Source: an uncultured Verrucomicrobiae bacterium (GTDB lineage Bacteria; Verrucomicrobiota; Verrucomicrobiia; Chthoniobacterales; JAFAMB01). From it: DNA of 64,000 nt. Of the stretch, positions 43,304-54,503 are shown piece by piece. Numbering within the stretch: the first letter of the stretch is position 1; every line of letters starts with the position of its first letter. The DNA lies in assembly GCA_963813025.1 (NCBI GenBank), contig CAWEXO010000014.1, forward strand, positions 192,001 to 256,000, in the 5' to 3' direction. Both the position numbers and the translations under genes were made by a program. The notes beneath the pieces are model-generated. The model was given only the letters and a program-made list of their open reading frames with translations. It was not told the origin of the DNA and searched no databases.

Positions 43304-44774
43304 TCAGCTGATGTAGGCTTCTTCGCCGTGTTCGGAAAGGTCCAGGCCGGTGGTTTCGACTTCCGCGCTTGCACGCAAGCCCATGGTGAGTTTGAGCACC
43401 ATGGCGATGGCCGCACTCGCGACGACCGCCAAAATCAGGGTAACAACTACCGCGGCGCACTGCGACAAAAACAATGAGCGGAGCAGGTCGTCTTTGAGAT
43501 TGGGGTTTGACTTCCTTGGTCGCCAGCAGGCCGGTCAGCAGAGCCCCGGTCGTGCCGCCGACCGCGTGAACGCCGAAAGTATCAAGCGCGTCATCGTAGC
43601 CCAGAGCCGGCTTCAGTACGGAAATCGCAAAATAGGGCAAGACGGCGGCCGCAACTCCGATAAAGACCGCCCCGCTCGGGCTGACAAAACCGCACGCCGG
43701 AGTGATCACGACGAGTCCGGCCACCGCGCCAGTACAGAAACCGAGCACACTGGCGTTCCCGCGGAGGATTTTTTCCAGCAGACCCCAGGTAAACGCGGCT
43801 ACCGCCGTGGCCAGCGTGGTCGCTGGTGAAGGCGCTCGCCGCAATCACGTCTGCTCCCACTGCGCTGCCGGCATTAAATCCGTACCAGCCAACCCACAGC
43901 ATCCCCGTGCCGATCATGCACAGAACCAGGCTGTGCGGAGGCATGGGCTCTCTTTTGAAGCCGATGCGCGGACCGAGAATCAGACAGAGCACGAGCGCGC
44001 TCCAGCCCGAGGTCATGTGAACCACGGTGCCTCCCGCGAAGTCGATCGCCTTGATCGTCGAGTTGGAGTTCCAGATTCCGTTCATGAAACCGGTGATCCC
44101 CCAGACCATGTGCGCCATCGGGAAAGTAAACGAGAAACATCCAGCAGGTGATGAAGCAGATCACGGCCGTGAATTTCATGCGCTCAGCGATCGCGCCCAC
44201 GATCAGCGCCGGCGTGATGATCGCGAACATAAGCTGGAACATCGCGTAAACATTTTGCGATACCCAGAAAGCATAATCGGTATTGGGAGCGGAGGTGACT
44301 CCGTGGAAAAAGAAAAACTCCGAGCCGCCAAAAAAAGGGTTATTGAAGTCCTTTGCCGAAGACCAGGCTGTACCGAAGGCCCACCAGAGAATCGAAACCA
44401 AGCCGGCGATGCCCAGGCACTGGGCGAGTACTGAAAGCACGTTCTTCCGCCGGACAAGTCCGCCATAGAACAAAGCGCGAGACCAGGCAGCGTCATGAAG
44501 AGGACCAGTGCCGAGGAGGTCATCATCCAGGCGTTGTGACCTGGTCCAGGCGACTCCAGGCAATGTCTTGGTGCCGTCGGTGTTATTGATATAAGCTTCC
44601 AGGCTCGCAACACGATCTTCCAACGAAGCCGCGGGTTGATTAGGTTTCTCGACTGACGGCCGGCGGTGAGGCGGTTGCCGATTGCGCCAGCGCGAAGCAG
44701 GGCATGGCGATAGAAAAAATCGCCGTGAGACCAGTGAAGACGATTGTCCGGATTGAGGTGGGCTTCAGGAACAT
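43304..44774 (-). pseudogene. amtB: Ammonium transporter AmtB, multiple frameshifts
   Basis: FYGGLVRRKNVLS, FQLMFAIITPAL, DFAGGTVVH, LWVGWYGFNAGS, DDALDTFGVH and GLDLSEHGEEAY spread over several frames. Confidence 0.88.
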
Positions 44775-44877
44775 GGGAGAGGAGGGTGAATGTTTTCTGA
44801 ATCAGGCGTCAAGCTAATGGTTACCGCGTTTGCTTGCCGTTGGGCGAGCCCGGGTCGCAGTCAGACAGCGCCGGTGC

Positions 44878-44893
44878 AGCACCTTGCATACCA
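44878..44893 (-). promoter_or_regulatory. Putative sigma-54 (-24/-12) promoter of amtB-glnK
   Basis: TGGTATGCAAGGTGCT has GG-N10-GC spacing, about 100 bp upstream of the amtB start. Confidence 0.5.
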
Positions 44894-45119
44894 TTCCCAC
44901 CGTGTTCCTGGGAAGGGCACGGGGCAAAACCACTGCCCTGTTATTTTCCCACTTCGCCTCCGGCCACACCCCGATTGAATCGCGGTCGAGACTGCCAAGC
45001 AAGTTTCTTGTGGAATCCGGGTCACGGCGTGACTCGCAGGTACAAAAAACGACACTGTGATCAGAAGTAGCCAATCTCGAGGGTGGGAGGATCGGCGTCC
45101 CTGCCTTTTTCCAGGGTGG

Positions 45120-45192
45120 AGTGGCACTGCCAGTGGCACTGTCGGTTGCCAGTGCCAGTCGCAGTGGCAGTGGCAGTGTCAGTGTCAGTGCG
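45120..45192. repeat. (CAGTGN)n hexamer-like low-complexity repeat
   Basis: cagtgc/cagtgg/cagtgt tandem units; related run near 58860-58885. Confidence 0.55.
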
Positions 45193-45333
45193 ACCCAGTT
45201 GGAGGAGACGCGACAAGCGGGAAAGCTTGTGCTACGGCTCGGGTCCGCCGTCCTGGGGTTGACGCTCGGAGCGATTCACATTACAGGAATGGGCCAATCG
45301 CGCGGCCACGGAAATCTTGTTTCCGGCCGATCT

Positions 45334-45405
45334 GCACGGTTAGCTTAGCGGTAGAGCGACTGGTTTACACCCAGTAGGTCGGGGGTTCGATTCCCTCACC
45401 GTGCA
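45334..45405 (+). tRNA. tRNA-Val (anticodon TAC)
   Basis: Acceptor stem GCACGGT/ACCGTGC, anticodon arm ACTGG-TTTACAC-CCAGT, T-loop TTCGATT; CCA not encoded at this copy. Confidence 0.95.
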
Positions 45406-45526
45406 CCCTTGTTGTCGCTGGGGATATCAGGATCTAAGTCGCTGATTATCAAATGGATAACGTGCGATTGCCTGCCGCCCGACGTACCAAAAGATCACGG
45501 TTTTATGCGTTCTTTGGTTGTCGAAA

Positions 45527-45960
45527 TTAGGGCTTATAGGTGTCCTTATCGTTAGTGATGACCTGGAAGAGCAGCTCTGCACCTCGCGTATCCAGGGGTA
45601 AATATCCAAGCTCATCAATGAGCAAAATTCGTGGGCTCAGGTAACGCTTGATCTCCCTGGCGAGTTGACGATTGGATTCGGCGGCGCTGAGACGGTTGAC
45701 CACGTCGATAGCGGCAGCAAAGAGCACACTGTGACCGCGCAGACAGGCGGCATGGCCCAGGGCGGTGGCCAAGTGGCTTTTACCGATACCAGTGGGGCCT
45801 ATAAAAATGAGGTTAGAGTGAGTGGCGAGGAAGTCGAGTTCGAGAAGATGTTCGACCTGCATGCGGTTGATCTTGGCTGGCCAGTTCCAGTCCCACCCGG
45901 CCATAGTTTTGATGACAGGGAAGCGAGCGTCACGGATCCGACGTTTCGAGCATCTCCGGA
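45527..45960 (-). pseudogene. istB: IS21 family IstB ATPase fragment
   Basis: GPTGIGKSHLA Walker A, LLIDELGYLP Walker B; truncated at both ends, no istA. Confidence 0.85.
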
Positions 45961-46283
45961 GACAAGTGTGTTCGCTGCTACCCTCACCACTGAAGCGTAA
46001 AAACTCAAAAATTCACATTTGTGCAGCTTTCCTGTCATTCGTGTCCTAAATCTGCACCGGCGTTTCCTACGGCTTCCAGGGACACTTACGTAAAAAGTCG
46101 TTTTGGTACAGCTGTTATACTTTCCCAACACATTACGAAATGACAAATCGTGGAAAATTACAAAGCGTTTCGGAAGCTGCTCGATAAGCGGTGAAATCGA
46201 AACGGCTCGTGAATTCGTCCGCGTTCTGGAAAAGTGCTTTATGATTCGTCCGCTGGAGAGGTCGCTAAACAAGGAGAAAGAAT

Positions 46284-47255
46284 ATGTCAAGTGTTACTGG
46301 AACGAATGGCGCAGGAAGCGGATTGCCTGCGCCTCAGGGGTTTGGTGTCTTTGGGAATTCTGACATAGGCCCGGGTGTGGTTGGATTTTCGAATAAAGGA
46401 ACTGCGCTTGTAGCCAGATCGCTGAATGGGACTGCAGGTGAGTTCACGTCGAACGGGGCGGAGGTGGGGCAGGCGGTTTATGCAAGATGCGATTTAGGTA
46501 CTGCTGCTGTTCTGGGTGAAACGCTCGGGGCGTTCGCAGGCGTTTATGGGGAACACTACCGCAAAGGAATAGGCGTTTATGGGCGCTCCTACGACGGATA
46601 CGGTGTTCTTGGCATAGTGCAAGGACCCGGGACTGCGATTGCTGGAAGCGTGCTACCTGCCAGCACAGACACACCGAAGGGTTGGGCAGGTCGTTTCGAA
46701 GGCGATGTGCTGATGATCGGCAAAGTGATCGTCTATGGTTCGCTTACTAAACCAGGAGGCTCCTTTCGAATTGATCATCCGCTAGATCCCGGCAACAAAT
46801 ATTTGTCGCACTCCTTCGTCGAATCGCCGGACATGCTGAATATCTACAACGGTCTGATACAGCTTGATGAGCACGGTGCTGCAATAGTCGAGCTGCCGGA
46901 GTGGTTCGATGCGCTAAACCACGAGTTTCGCTACCAGCTGACCGCGATCGGCTCACCTGCACCTAACCTGCATATAGCAAGTGAAATAGAAAGACGCTCA
47001 TTCCGTATTGCCGGTGGGACTCCGAAAGCCAAAGTGAGCTGGCAGGTGACAGGGATTCGTCAAGACAAGTGGGCCAATGCTAATCGCATACAGGTGGAGG
47101 AAGAGAAATCCCGTGAGGATCGCGGCCGTTACCTCCACCCTGAGCTCTTTGGTGAACCCGAGGACAAGAAAGTGATGCCGGTTCCGAGACCGAGCATGCC
47201 ACACCGGCCTGAAGAACGACCGGCGCACCGGCCTCCGCGCCCAGACCTAAGCTGA
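46284..47255 (+). CDS. Gly-rich repeat (GVxG) protein with conserved C-terminal domain, fibre/adhesin-like
   Basis: GVFG/GVVG/GVYG repeats, then GGSFRIDHPLDP..KYLSHSFVESP...YQLTAIG...VSWQVTG; AAGGAG RBS. Confidence 0.75.
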   Translation: MSSVTGTNGAGSGLPAPQGFGVFGNSDIGPGVVGFSNKGTALVARSLNGTAGEFTSNGAEVGQAVYARCDLGTAAVLGETLGAFAGVYGEHYRKGIGVYGRSYDGYGVLGIVQGPGTAIAGSVLPASTDTPKGWAGRFEGDVLMIGKVIVYGSLTKPGGSFRIDHPLDPGNKYLSHSFVESPDMLNIYNGLIQLDEHGAAIVELPEWFDALNHEFRYQLTAIGSPAPNLHIASEIERRSFRIAGGTPKAKVSWQVTGIRQDKWANANRIQVEEEKSREDRGRYLHPELFGEPEDKKVMPVPRPSMPHRPEERPAHRPPRPDLS

Positions 47256-47600
47256 GCACTTGATCTGCTAAAGTTCATTTTGATTGTTTGCATACACGAT
47301 CACTCTGGCGATGCACAGATCCGTGCTTCGCGATCGAGCAGCTATATTGACTATTAGGTGTTTTGTTAATCGGTCAGCTTTCCCGACCAAATGCTCGGAG
47401 CTTAGGGATCGTGCCAGCAAGTACTCTTTGACTCATGCTACCTCTGGCGCCACCAAGCATCCCGAAAATTCTGGAAAGAATTTCAACATGGGATACCAAA
47501 CGCGGTAATAATAATCAGGCGCGAGACCGTTAAAGGCCTGAAAATTCAGAACGCTAATTTACCGCTCCACAAATCGAGCATCGGCCTGTTTTATCGATGA

Positions 47601-48010
47601 GTGAAGCTTCGATTGAAGAACTGCAGGAGCTCGCATCTCTGGTCCGAAATGGCCGCGGTTGCCCTTGCCGCGCTCTTCGGCGAGGATGCGGTTTTCGTAA
47701 CGCAGGAGGGACCGGTCACCGGTCGGCAAGCCATTGAGAAATGGTATGCTGACCACTTGCAGAAAGTGCATTTCAGCAACAACCTCGTCACGGTCGATGA
47801 GGATTCCCCCCACATTATAGGTGCGGCTGGCAATGAAATATGGGCAACCGGAGGATGGAGTGCGACAATTAAGGGCGAAAACTTCGGTCCTACACAAATC
47901 AAGGATACTGGTCAGTGATTCGTGAGGGCGATGATTGGAAGATCCGGATGCTGACCACGAATCTAACTCCGGCACCGTCTCCAACGGCCAGCCCGAGCAA
48001 CCAATTGTAT
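47601..48010 (+). pseudogene. NTF2/SnoaL-like (DUF4440-type) protein remnant
   Basis: LAALFGEDAVFVT..GPVTGRQAIEKWY; frameshift before IREGDDWKIRML. Confidence 0.7.
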
Positions 48011-48181
48011 CCTGATCCGCGCGGTGGCAGATTAGAAGCCTATCTAACAGAATCGGGAGGGAACAATGAAGACGCGCTTACTACTTGTCCTTGTATCGGC
48101 CGCCTTAAATTCATCCTATCAACCCTGATTATCCCTGATTACCAACTCGAAATAGCGAATTGGCCGAAATGATGCTCTGAG

Positions 48182-48991
48182 TCACTTCCTAGGCTTCATC
48201 AGTTGCTCATAGACCATTTCGAACGCTTCGGGGCCGACACTGATCTCTCCCCGGAATGGGTGGTCCATGGCGGCCAACAGGAAAATCAGCAGACCCAGGA
48301 GGCCAGAGAGCATTACCGTCATCCAGAAGTGCATGCTCTGGCTCCTCATGTGGAAGAACCAGGTCACAGCAATATTGAAGAAAGCTCCGACCAACAGGAC
48401 AAGCCATAGGGCCGCCGGTAGACCCGCGGACACGCTCTTCAATCGCGTTCGCCGCAATTCCACCATCTGGGTGAACGCCCGGTAGGCTTCCGCATGCAGT
48501 GTTTTCTGGCCCTCGGTCGCCGGTTCAAAACTGCCTAGGTGGGTCTGAAGGGCATTCACCGCGTCGGCGGTGTTCCGCGGGACGATGCCTCGCCGCTGTT
48601 GGGGCCACCCGACGTCGATCAATTGGCGCGTGTATTCGCGCAGATCTGCCTGAAGTTCGGCGCGCTTCGGGTCAGGAAAGCTGCTCGCAGCTCTGTACAG
48701 CGCCGCTATCGCCGAAGCTTCCTGGTCGACTTTAGTGTCCACGTCCGTGTAGGTTTGCCATGTCCCGATCGCGACCAATCCCAGCGTGATCCCGTACAGC
48801 AGACAAATCGCGCCCAGGTAAAAGCCAACAATATCGTTATGCGAATGCTCGTCGCCATGAACCCGCCGCACCCATTTTCGTGTCCCGTAAAAGCCACCTA
48901 AACCGATCGCGACTGCAACCGCCATGGTCAGGGCGGCAAAGAGCCAGTTCGGCAGGTCGTATACCCAGTACAGGTTCATGGTTGCCAGCAA
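48182..48991 (-). CDS. DUF4239 (bestrophin-like) membrane protein
   Basis: HNDIVG..LYGITLG, LREYT, ELRRTR, MDHPFRGEISV. Confidence 0.85.
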   Translation of the reverse strand: MLATMNLYWVYDLPNWLFAALTMAVAVAIGLGGFYGTRKWVRRVHGDEHSHNDIVGFYLGAICLLYGITLGLVAIGTWQTYTDVDTKVDQEASAIAALYRAASSFPDPKRAELQADLREYTRQLIDVGWPQQRRGIVPRNTADAVNALQTHLGSFEPATEGQKTLHAEAYRAFTQMVELRRTRLKSVSAGLPAALWLVLLVGAFFNIAVTWFFHMRSQSMHFWMTVMLSGLLGLLIFLLAAMDHPFRGEISVGPEAFEMVYEQLMKPRK

Positions 48992-49316
48992 AGAGTTCTC
49001 AACCGTATCTATTCAGCAGGATTTATTCGCAGATGCAGAGGAAAGTGCGTCGGTATTCTCCGAATCACCATCTGGCGAACATCGTCGGTAACGGCGTTGG
49101 GGGAAAAGCAAAACGGATGATTAGCGTGCGTACGAAATAAAGAGGGATACCGGAGATACAGTCTCATGACAAGACGAATCGCCGCGTGACGCTGGCGGAG
49201 TGTCCACGGGTAAGTGATGGTTGGTGACAGGCGTGGAATTCGCTCCCAATGCCTCAGCTTGTACAAGGGTGCCCCCCGGTGAATCTGGATTCGATGCTCC
49301 CATAGTGGACGGCAGC

Positions 49317-49440
49317 GGGGTGGGACTAGTGGGGGTAGTTCCCACTTCTATCCAAAGAAATAGCGCCGGGCTCCCGCGACCTTCTATATACATACATTTC
49401 TATTGTTGAAATAGAAAACAACCCCCACTAGTCCCACCCC
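49317..49440. repeat. 20-bp perfect inverted repeat around an AT-rich tract
   Basis: ggggtgggactagtgggggt (49317-49336) / acccccactagtcccacccc (49421-49440). Confidence 0.75.
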
Positions 49441-50129
49441 CCCGGGTACCTTTCCGAGAGGCGATAGGCCCCGGGGCAATCCCGAGTCGGGGTTTGTCGA
49501 TCGACGTATTTAATGACCGTTAGCGCGACGGCAACAGGTTGGGGCAACGCCACAACCTTCGGCAATGTCACAAAATAATTGCTTCAGTAGTTTTTTTGCT
49601 CGATTAGGATTCGAGCGCCTGTCGGACAAACAGGACCTAGAAAAAGCCGACCAAGCAACTCCACAAAAGCGCATGCCACCAGATGACGTGGAAATAACCA
49701 ATCCAGACGACTATTTGAACTAGCCAGTTCAACGCGACCAAAAACGGCACGATATAAAGGGCGGTAAAGGCCCGCCGCCCAAAGAGCGCTTTGACCTAAC
49801 TCTAGGCCAAAGGCGAATTTATGCAGCGCCGCAAAGATGGCGAAGTTCCAAAAGATCAAGGGCCAAAAATACCTTAGATTCATTTTGCGTTAGTCCCCTG
49901 ATACAGTGTTCCATTAAAGAGTTTCTCGCGGGCGTGCCGCATGTGGTCGGACGTTCCGCCCCAATTGGAGAAACTGTGAGGCAAGCGCGATGAGCAAAGC
50001 TCTAGTGCTGGTGGTGCGGGTGTCACTTTCGTAGCAACTTGCAAAAGGCTAATCACCTTGATAAGTACGGTCGCTTTGCTTGCTTCCGCTACGATCTCTT
50101 AACGCGTTAATTTCTCGGTCCACGACGAG

Positions 50130-50295
50130 AGCGAAAAATAAGGGATGAAATCCGCAAATACTTGGCTACGACAAATCGCTTGGTTAATTCGCTCTGGCAT
50201 TTGGCCGGTCTGATTGAGGACATAGGGAGCATTTATTCTGCTTCTCACAACACCGACAACCTCGCCGCGATCGTTAAGAACCGGTCCCGCCGCCC
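50130..50295 (-). pseudogene. Trypsin-like serine protease C-terminal remnant
   Basis: PVLNDRGEVVGVV...INQAI follows the IS630 breakpoint. Confidence 0.45.
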
Positions 50296-51261
50296 GCGGG
50301 CGATGACGTCGCGTTGGATCTTGGAAAACCAGATCTCGACTGGGTTAAGCCAGGAAGAATAGGTCGGCGTAAAATGGAGCCGCACGTTGCGATGACGATC
50401 GACTAAACTGCCAGACCCTGAAGGTGCGATGGGCCGAGAGATTATCTGCGATAATGTGGATCTGCTGGCCCTCGGGAAGGCTGGCCACGATCTGGTCGAG
50501 AAAAGCCACAAACTCCGCACTGGTGTGACGAGGCGCAGTTTGGCCCAGCACCTGGCCGGTTTTGGTGTTAAGCGCGGCGTAGAGCGAAAGTGTGCCGTGA
50601 TGGTAGTACTCAGAACCGTGTCGCTCGGCTCTTCCGGGCGAGAGCGGCAACACTGGATCGAGCCGGTCTAGCGCCTGGACGGCGCTCTTTCATCGACGCA
50701 AAAAGACTGCAGCATTGACTGGAGGCTTCAGATACAAGCCAATGATGTCAGCAGCCTTGGTTTCAAAATCTGGGTCGTCGCTGGCCATGTAGCGGCGAAG
50801 GCGATGAGGCTGGAGTCCGGCTTTGCCACAACGCGGGCGACTCGAGTATGGTTGGTGCCAAGTTCGGCCGCCAACTTCCGAGTACTCCAGTGCGTCAAGC
50901 CATCCTTGGGCTTCTGTCGGGCCGCGGCCGAAATCTGAGCTTCGAGCTTGGCAGTCTGTTGGCTGGTAATCTTGCCACGATGACGACTGAAAAAGCCTGC
51001 CAAACGCTCCTCCCTAAAGCGTTTCAGCCAAAGCCGCACGGTGTTGATGCTGCATCCCAGTTGCCGACTTACCGCCCATTGCGACCGACCGCCAGCAATC
51101 AAGAGGATAATCTTGGCTCGCTGCACCTCCTCTGCTAGCGCGCTACGGGATCGGACCCGCTCCCTAAGTTGCCGACGTTCTGGCGGAGAAAGAACCAACC
51201 GTTTTAAAACTCTTTTTTGCTACCAGATTTCAATATCAGAAGTCAAAGCTACAGCGCACTG
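50295..51261 (-). mobile_element. IS630 family element, transposase frameshifted and 3'-truncated
   Basis: THWSTRKLA, YYHHGTLSLYAAL, IADNLSAH, HFTPTYSSWLNPVEIWF in different frames. Confidence 0.88.
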
Positions 51262-51367
51262 GTCTTGGAAAAAAGCTTCGGCCGCCTCTGGTATTCTTGA
51301 TTTCCATGAGTGCCTTTTGCCGAGAGAATCTTCAATAATTCGCGCCAAACCTTTGAGGAGAACTCTC

Positions 51368-51929
51368 ATGAAAACGACGGACCGTTTGTTCAGCGGGGCT
51401 ATGCTGCTAGCCGGGCTGTATCTCTGTACGCATACCGTTCATGCCCAGAACGCGACGTGGGAGCCCAGTCCACTTATTGGAGCCAGCCTCAATGACCCCG
51501 CCAACTGGGTGCCGACGGTGGTACCCACCGGCATTGCGACTTTCGATGTGACGAGCCAGATCGGGCAAACCCCGGCGACAACAGCTTCAATAACTTTCGG
51601 TGAAATTCTGTTCACCTCGACGGCGTCGCACTACAATTTCGCTATCGTTGGTGGAAATACTCTAACAATCAATGGTGCCGGCATTGTCAACGACTCTCCC
51701 ATTAGTCAGAATTTTGTCGTCGTGTCAGCTCCGTCAATGCTGTTATTCGAAAACAACAGCACTGCCGGCAACAATACGACCTTCGGCAATAGGGGCGGGG
51801 CGATACTCTTCAGTGATCACAGCACCGCCGGCAGTGGAAAACTTTGAAAATCAAAGCTCGGGTACCATCACTTTCCAGGGCACAAGCACTGCTGGTAGTG
51901 CTGTTATCAGCGCTATAGCTCGTCGATGA
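51368..51929 (+). pseudogene. Autotransporter passenger N-terminus, truncated
   Basis: Signal peptide (HA-Q), NW.P..VP...ATF, STAG repeats; frameshift near 51840, no beta-barrel. Confidence 0.7.
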
Positions 51930-52039
51930 ATCCGAGGGGCTCGGCGTAGCCTCCGATCGTATTTGTACAAGCGGGCAGCCATTGTATCTGTTTCAACCCA
52001 GCGGCAGTTCTTCATCGCGGCCGCGAGCGCCGAATTCGA

Positions 52040-52290
52040 GCGGCTCGATGGGCTTTAGAAAAGCCTCGTCGTCGTTTTCGGGACTATTCACCTGCGAACG
52101 GATTGGCCACATCTTCATGCGCTCTGCCGGAAAGGCTTCAGCAGTTCTTTGAGGTCGCCGTCCTCCACTTCACCCAACCATTTCGCGTGGTGTTCTTCAG
52201 GCAGAATAACTGGCATGCGGGGTGCACGTGAGCAATGAGCTCATTCGGCTAACGGACGCATCATCGTACAGCTGCGAAGCCATCCTGCTG
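52040..52290 (-). pseudogene. SOS response-associated peptidase (SRAP/YedK) C-terminal remnant
   Basis: PNELIAHVH-RMPVILPEEHHAKWL...VNSPEND. Confidence 0.7.
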
Positions 52291-52374
52291 CCTGGAGCGG
52301 GGAACTCCGGCACGGCGAAGTGCGGTCACTAAGCCTAAGCCGCCAGGCATCTGTTAGTTGCCAGGAGAATCGCC

Positions 52375-52821
52375 TTAAGCTGGCTTCGCGTAATTCGCCA
52401 TCCCCGAGATATCGATTTCCACGACCGGTTCGCCGCCCACGACCCATGCGTCGTGTCCCGGAGGTAGTAGCGACACTTCACCGGGACCAAACTCATCCTC
52501 ACTTCCATCATCCATACGCACCCTGAGACGTCCAGAGACATGGTATTGCAGGTGAGGAGCCTGGCAGCTTTCAGTATTTACGATTGGTTTTACGGAAGTC
52601 GACCATTTCCATCCAGGTTGCAGTGTGGCGCGGCCGAACGTAACTCCGCCTAATGTTACAAGTTCCAATTGGCCCTTGTCGAACGAACGCTGCTCGTCTG
52701 GGGTTGACAAAGTCTTCTTTTCCTCCGGTTGTGGAACCGAGCGGTCCGGGGCGCAAGGGACAAAAAGGCCAAAAGTAGGAGGTGGGCTTTGGCACCCATG
52801 GTCCAGAGAACAGTTATTCAA
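52375..52821 (-). CDS. Cupin domain protein (start uncertain)
   Basis: PDEQRSF, LQPGWKWS, CQAPH, PPGHDAWVVG. Confidence 0.75.
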   Translation of the reverse strand: MNNCSLDHGCQSPPPTFGLFVPCAPDRSVPQPEEKKTLSTPDEQRSFDKGQLELVTLGGVTFGRATLQPGWKWSTSVKPIVNTESCQAPHLQYHVSGRLRVRMDDGSEDEFGPGEVSLLPPGHDAWVVGGEPVVEIDISGMANYAKPA

Positions 52822-53086
52822 CTGGGCGTCGGCCTACATTCACGCCCAAAGCTCTCTGGGAGTTTCGGCCTTCGTGCTGCACCCTTTAGAGTCGGGCTTA
52901 TAGGTTCCAAAGAACTCCCGGTTACGGGATACTTACCGTGATCGTTCGCAAATACGGGTGTTCAGCGCGCGCACGGGGCGAATAACGACGTTCTGACCTT
53001 TGATGGAACGATCGTGCTCATGGTTGGCCGGTGAGACGGAACTCAAGGAAGAGGCGCGTCGAGAATATCGAATCAGGCAAGAAAGC

Positions 53087-54214
53087 TAGTGCCTAATTGC
53101 GTAAGTTAGTTATATGTATGGCGACTTTCCCCTGATGTACCTGGGATTTGGTCCATTCGAAGGGAGCCGCATTGTTATTGTAGTTCTTGATGAAGGTGTC
53201 GATGGCGTTGCGCAGCTCTGCCACGCTGGTGAAGTTTGCCCCCTGGAGGGCTTGGCGGCTCAAGATACTAAACCAGATCTCAATCTGGTTGAGCCAAGAA
53301 GCGTGGGTTGGAGTGAAATGAAAATGCACATTGGGGTGAGCCTTCAACCAGCGATCTTGCTTTGGCTTATGGGTCGCAAGGTTGTCTAAGACCACATGAA
53401 TTTCTTTGTCGAGATTTCCGGCAACTACCTGGTTCATAAACTCCAGGAATTCCCGTCGGCGCTGGCGCCGGTAATGACCAGCCTGCACTTGGCCGCTGGC
53501 AATGTTGAGGGCGGCAAAGAGAGTGGAGGTGCCATGGCGCTTGTACTCGTGGCTAAAACCCGTCAGCGCCCTGCCATTGGGCAAGCGAATCCAACCTTGG
53601 GCTCTTTCCAGGGCTTGAATGGCTGGTTTTTCATCAATGGCCAAGATGAGCGCATTCTGGGGCGGATTGAGATAAAGACCGACAATGTCAGCGGCCTTGC
53701 GCACAAACTCCGGATCGGTGGAAATGCACCAGCTGCGGCGCCGTTCCAATTCAATGCCTTGTTGGCGCAAAATGCGCCAGACTTGATCGGAGGAAACATC
53801 GGCCAGACTCTGCGCCAGCAGTCGCCCATTCCAGCGCCCGTAGCCCGCCGGTGGATCTTCATCCAGCAGCGCCAAGACCCGCTTGACCGTCATTTGATCA
53901 TACTTGGCCGGCTTTCCACTGCGTGGCGCGTCTTCCAAGCCAGCCAGGCCTTGGCGCACAAAGCGCCGCCGCCATTTACTCACCGTCACCTCGGGAATGC
54001 GCAGGCTCTTGGCAATCGCACGTCCACTCAAGCCCGCTGCCGCCTTCAAGATAATCTGACTCCTGACCTTGAGCCGGTGTTCGACCCGTTGCGCTCGACT
54101 CCAACCCTCCAAGAGCTTGCGGTTTTCCACAGAAAGTTTGATGCAACCCATTGCCATCCATCCAACAAATCATAATTTTTCATAAATATAAAGAACTAAA
54201 GCAACTAAGTACTA
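53087..54214 (-). mobile_element. IS630 family insertion sequence, apparently intact
   Basis: CTAG at both ends (TA duplication), imperfect ~22-bp terminal IR, full transposase ORF. Confidence 0.92.
53093..54157 (-). CDS. IS630 family transposase
   Basis: HTH, DEKP, YKRHGT, LDNLATHK, FTPTHASWLNQIE (DDE). Confidence 0.95.
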   Translation of the reverse strand: MAMGCIKLSVENRKLLEGWSRAQRVEHRLKVRSQIILKAAAGLSGRAIAKSLRIPEVTVSKWRRRFVRQGLAGLEDAPRSGKPAKYDQMTVKRVLALLDEDPPAGYGRWNGRLLAQSLADVSSDQVWRILRQQGIELERRRSWCISTDPEFVRKAADIVGLYLNPPQNALILAIDEKPAIQALERAQGWIRLPNGRALTGFSHEYKRHGTSTLFAALNIASGQVQAGHYRRQRRREFLEFMNQVVAGNLDKEIHVVLDNLATHKPKQDRWLKAHPNVHFHFTPTHASWLNQIEIWFSILSRQALQGANFTSVAELRNAIDTFIKNYNNNAAPFEWTKSQVHQGKVAIHITNLRN

Positions 54215-54503
54215 GTGGGGGAGCATTCGTTCCTTACGCGATTTATGATTATCTAGCCGGTGCTTACGATTTGGAGGTCACTGTGCAAGCGATTCGCCAA
54301 ATTCGGCCCCAGAAAAGGTCGATCGTGCATACTTCTGCCGGTTATTAAGGGAACGATTTGACCGACTGATCGCAGCTCTTAACGCGCCTGAAGCCGAATA
54401 AGGGCGAGATTCCGGCGCCGGAAGGTTGATCAGCGCCTCTGCTATTGCGTTCGAAACATCCTCAGCATTGATCGGGCGCGATGTTTTGGCCAGGATAAGC
54501 AGG

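Noticed and set aside
51041..51367. N-terminal extension of the 268-aa ORF
   Set aside because: Antisense to the IS630 remnant; the plausible start is ATG 51368
53396..54175. 259-aa ORF on the plus strand
   Set aside because: Antisense frame of the IS630 transposase
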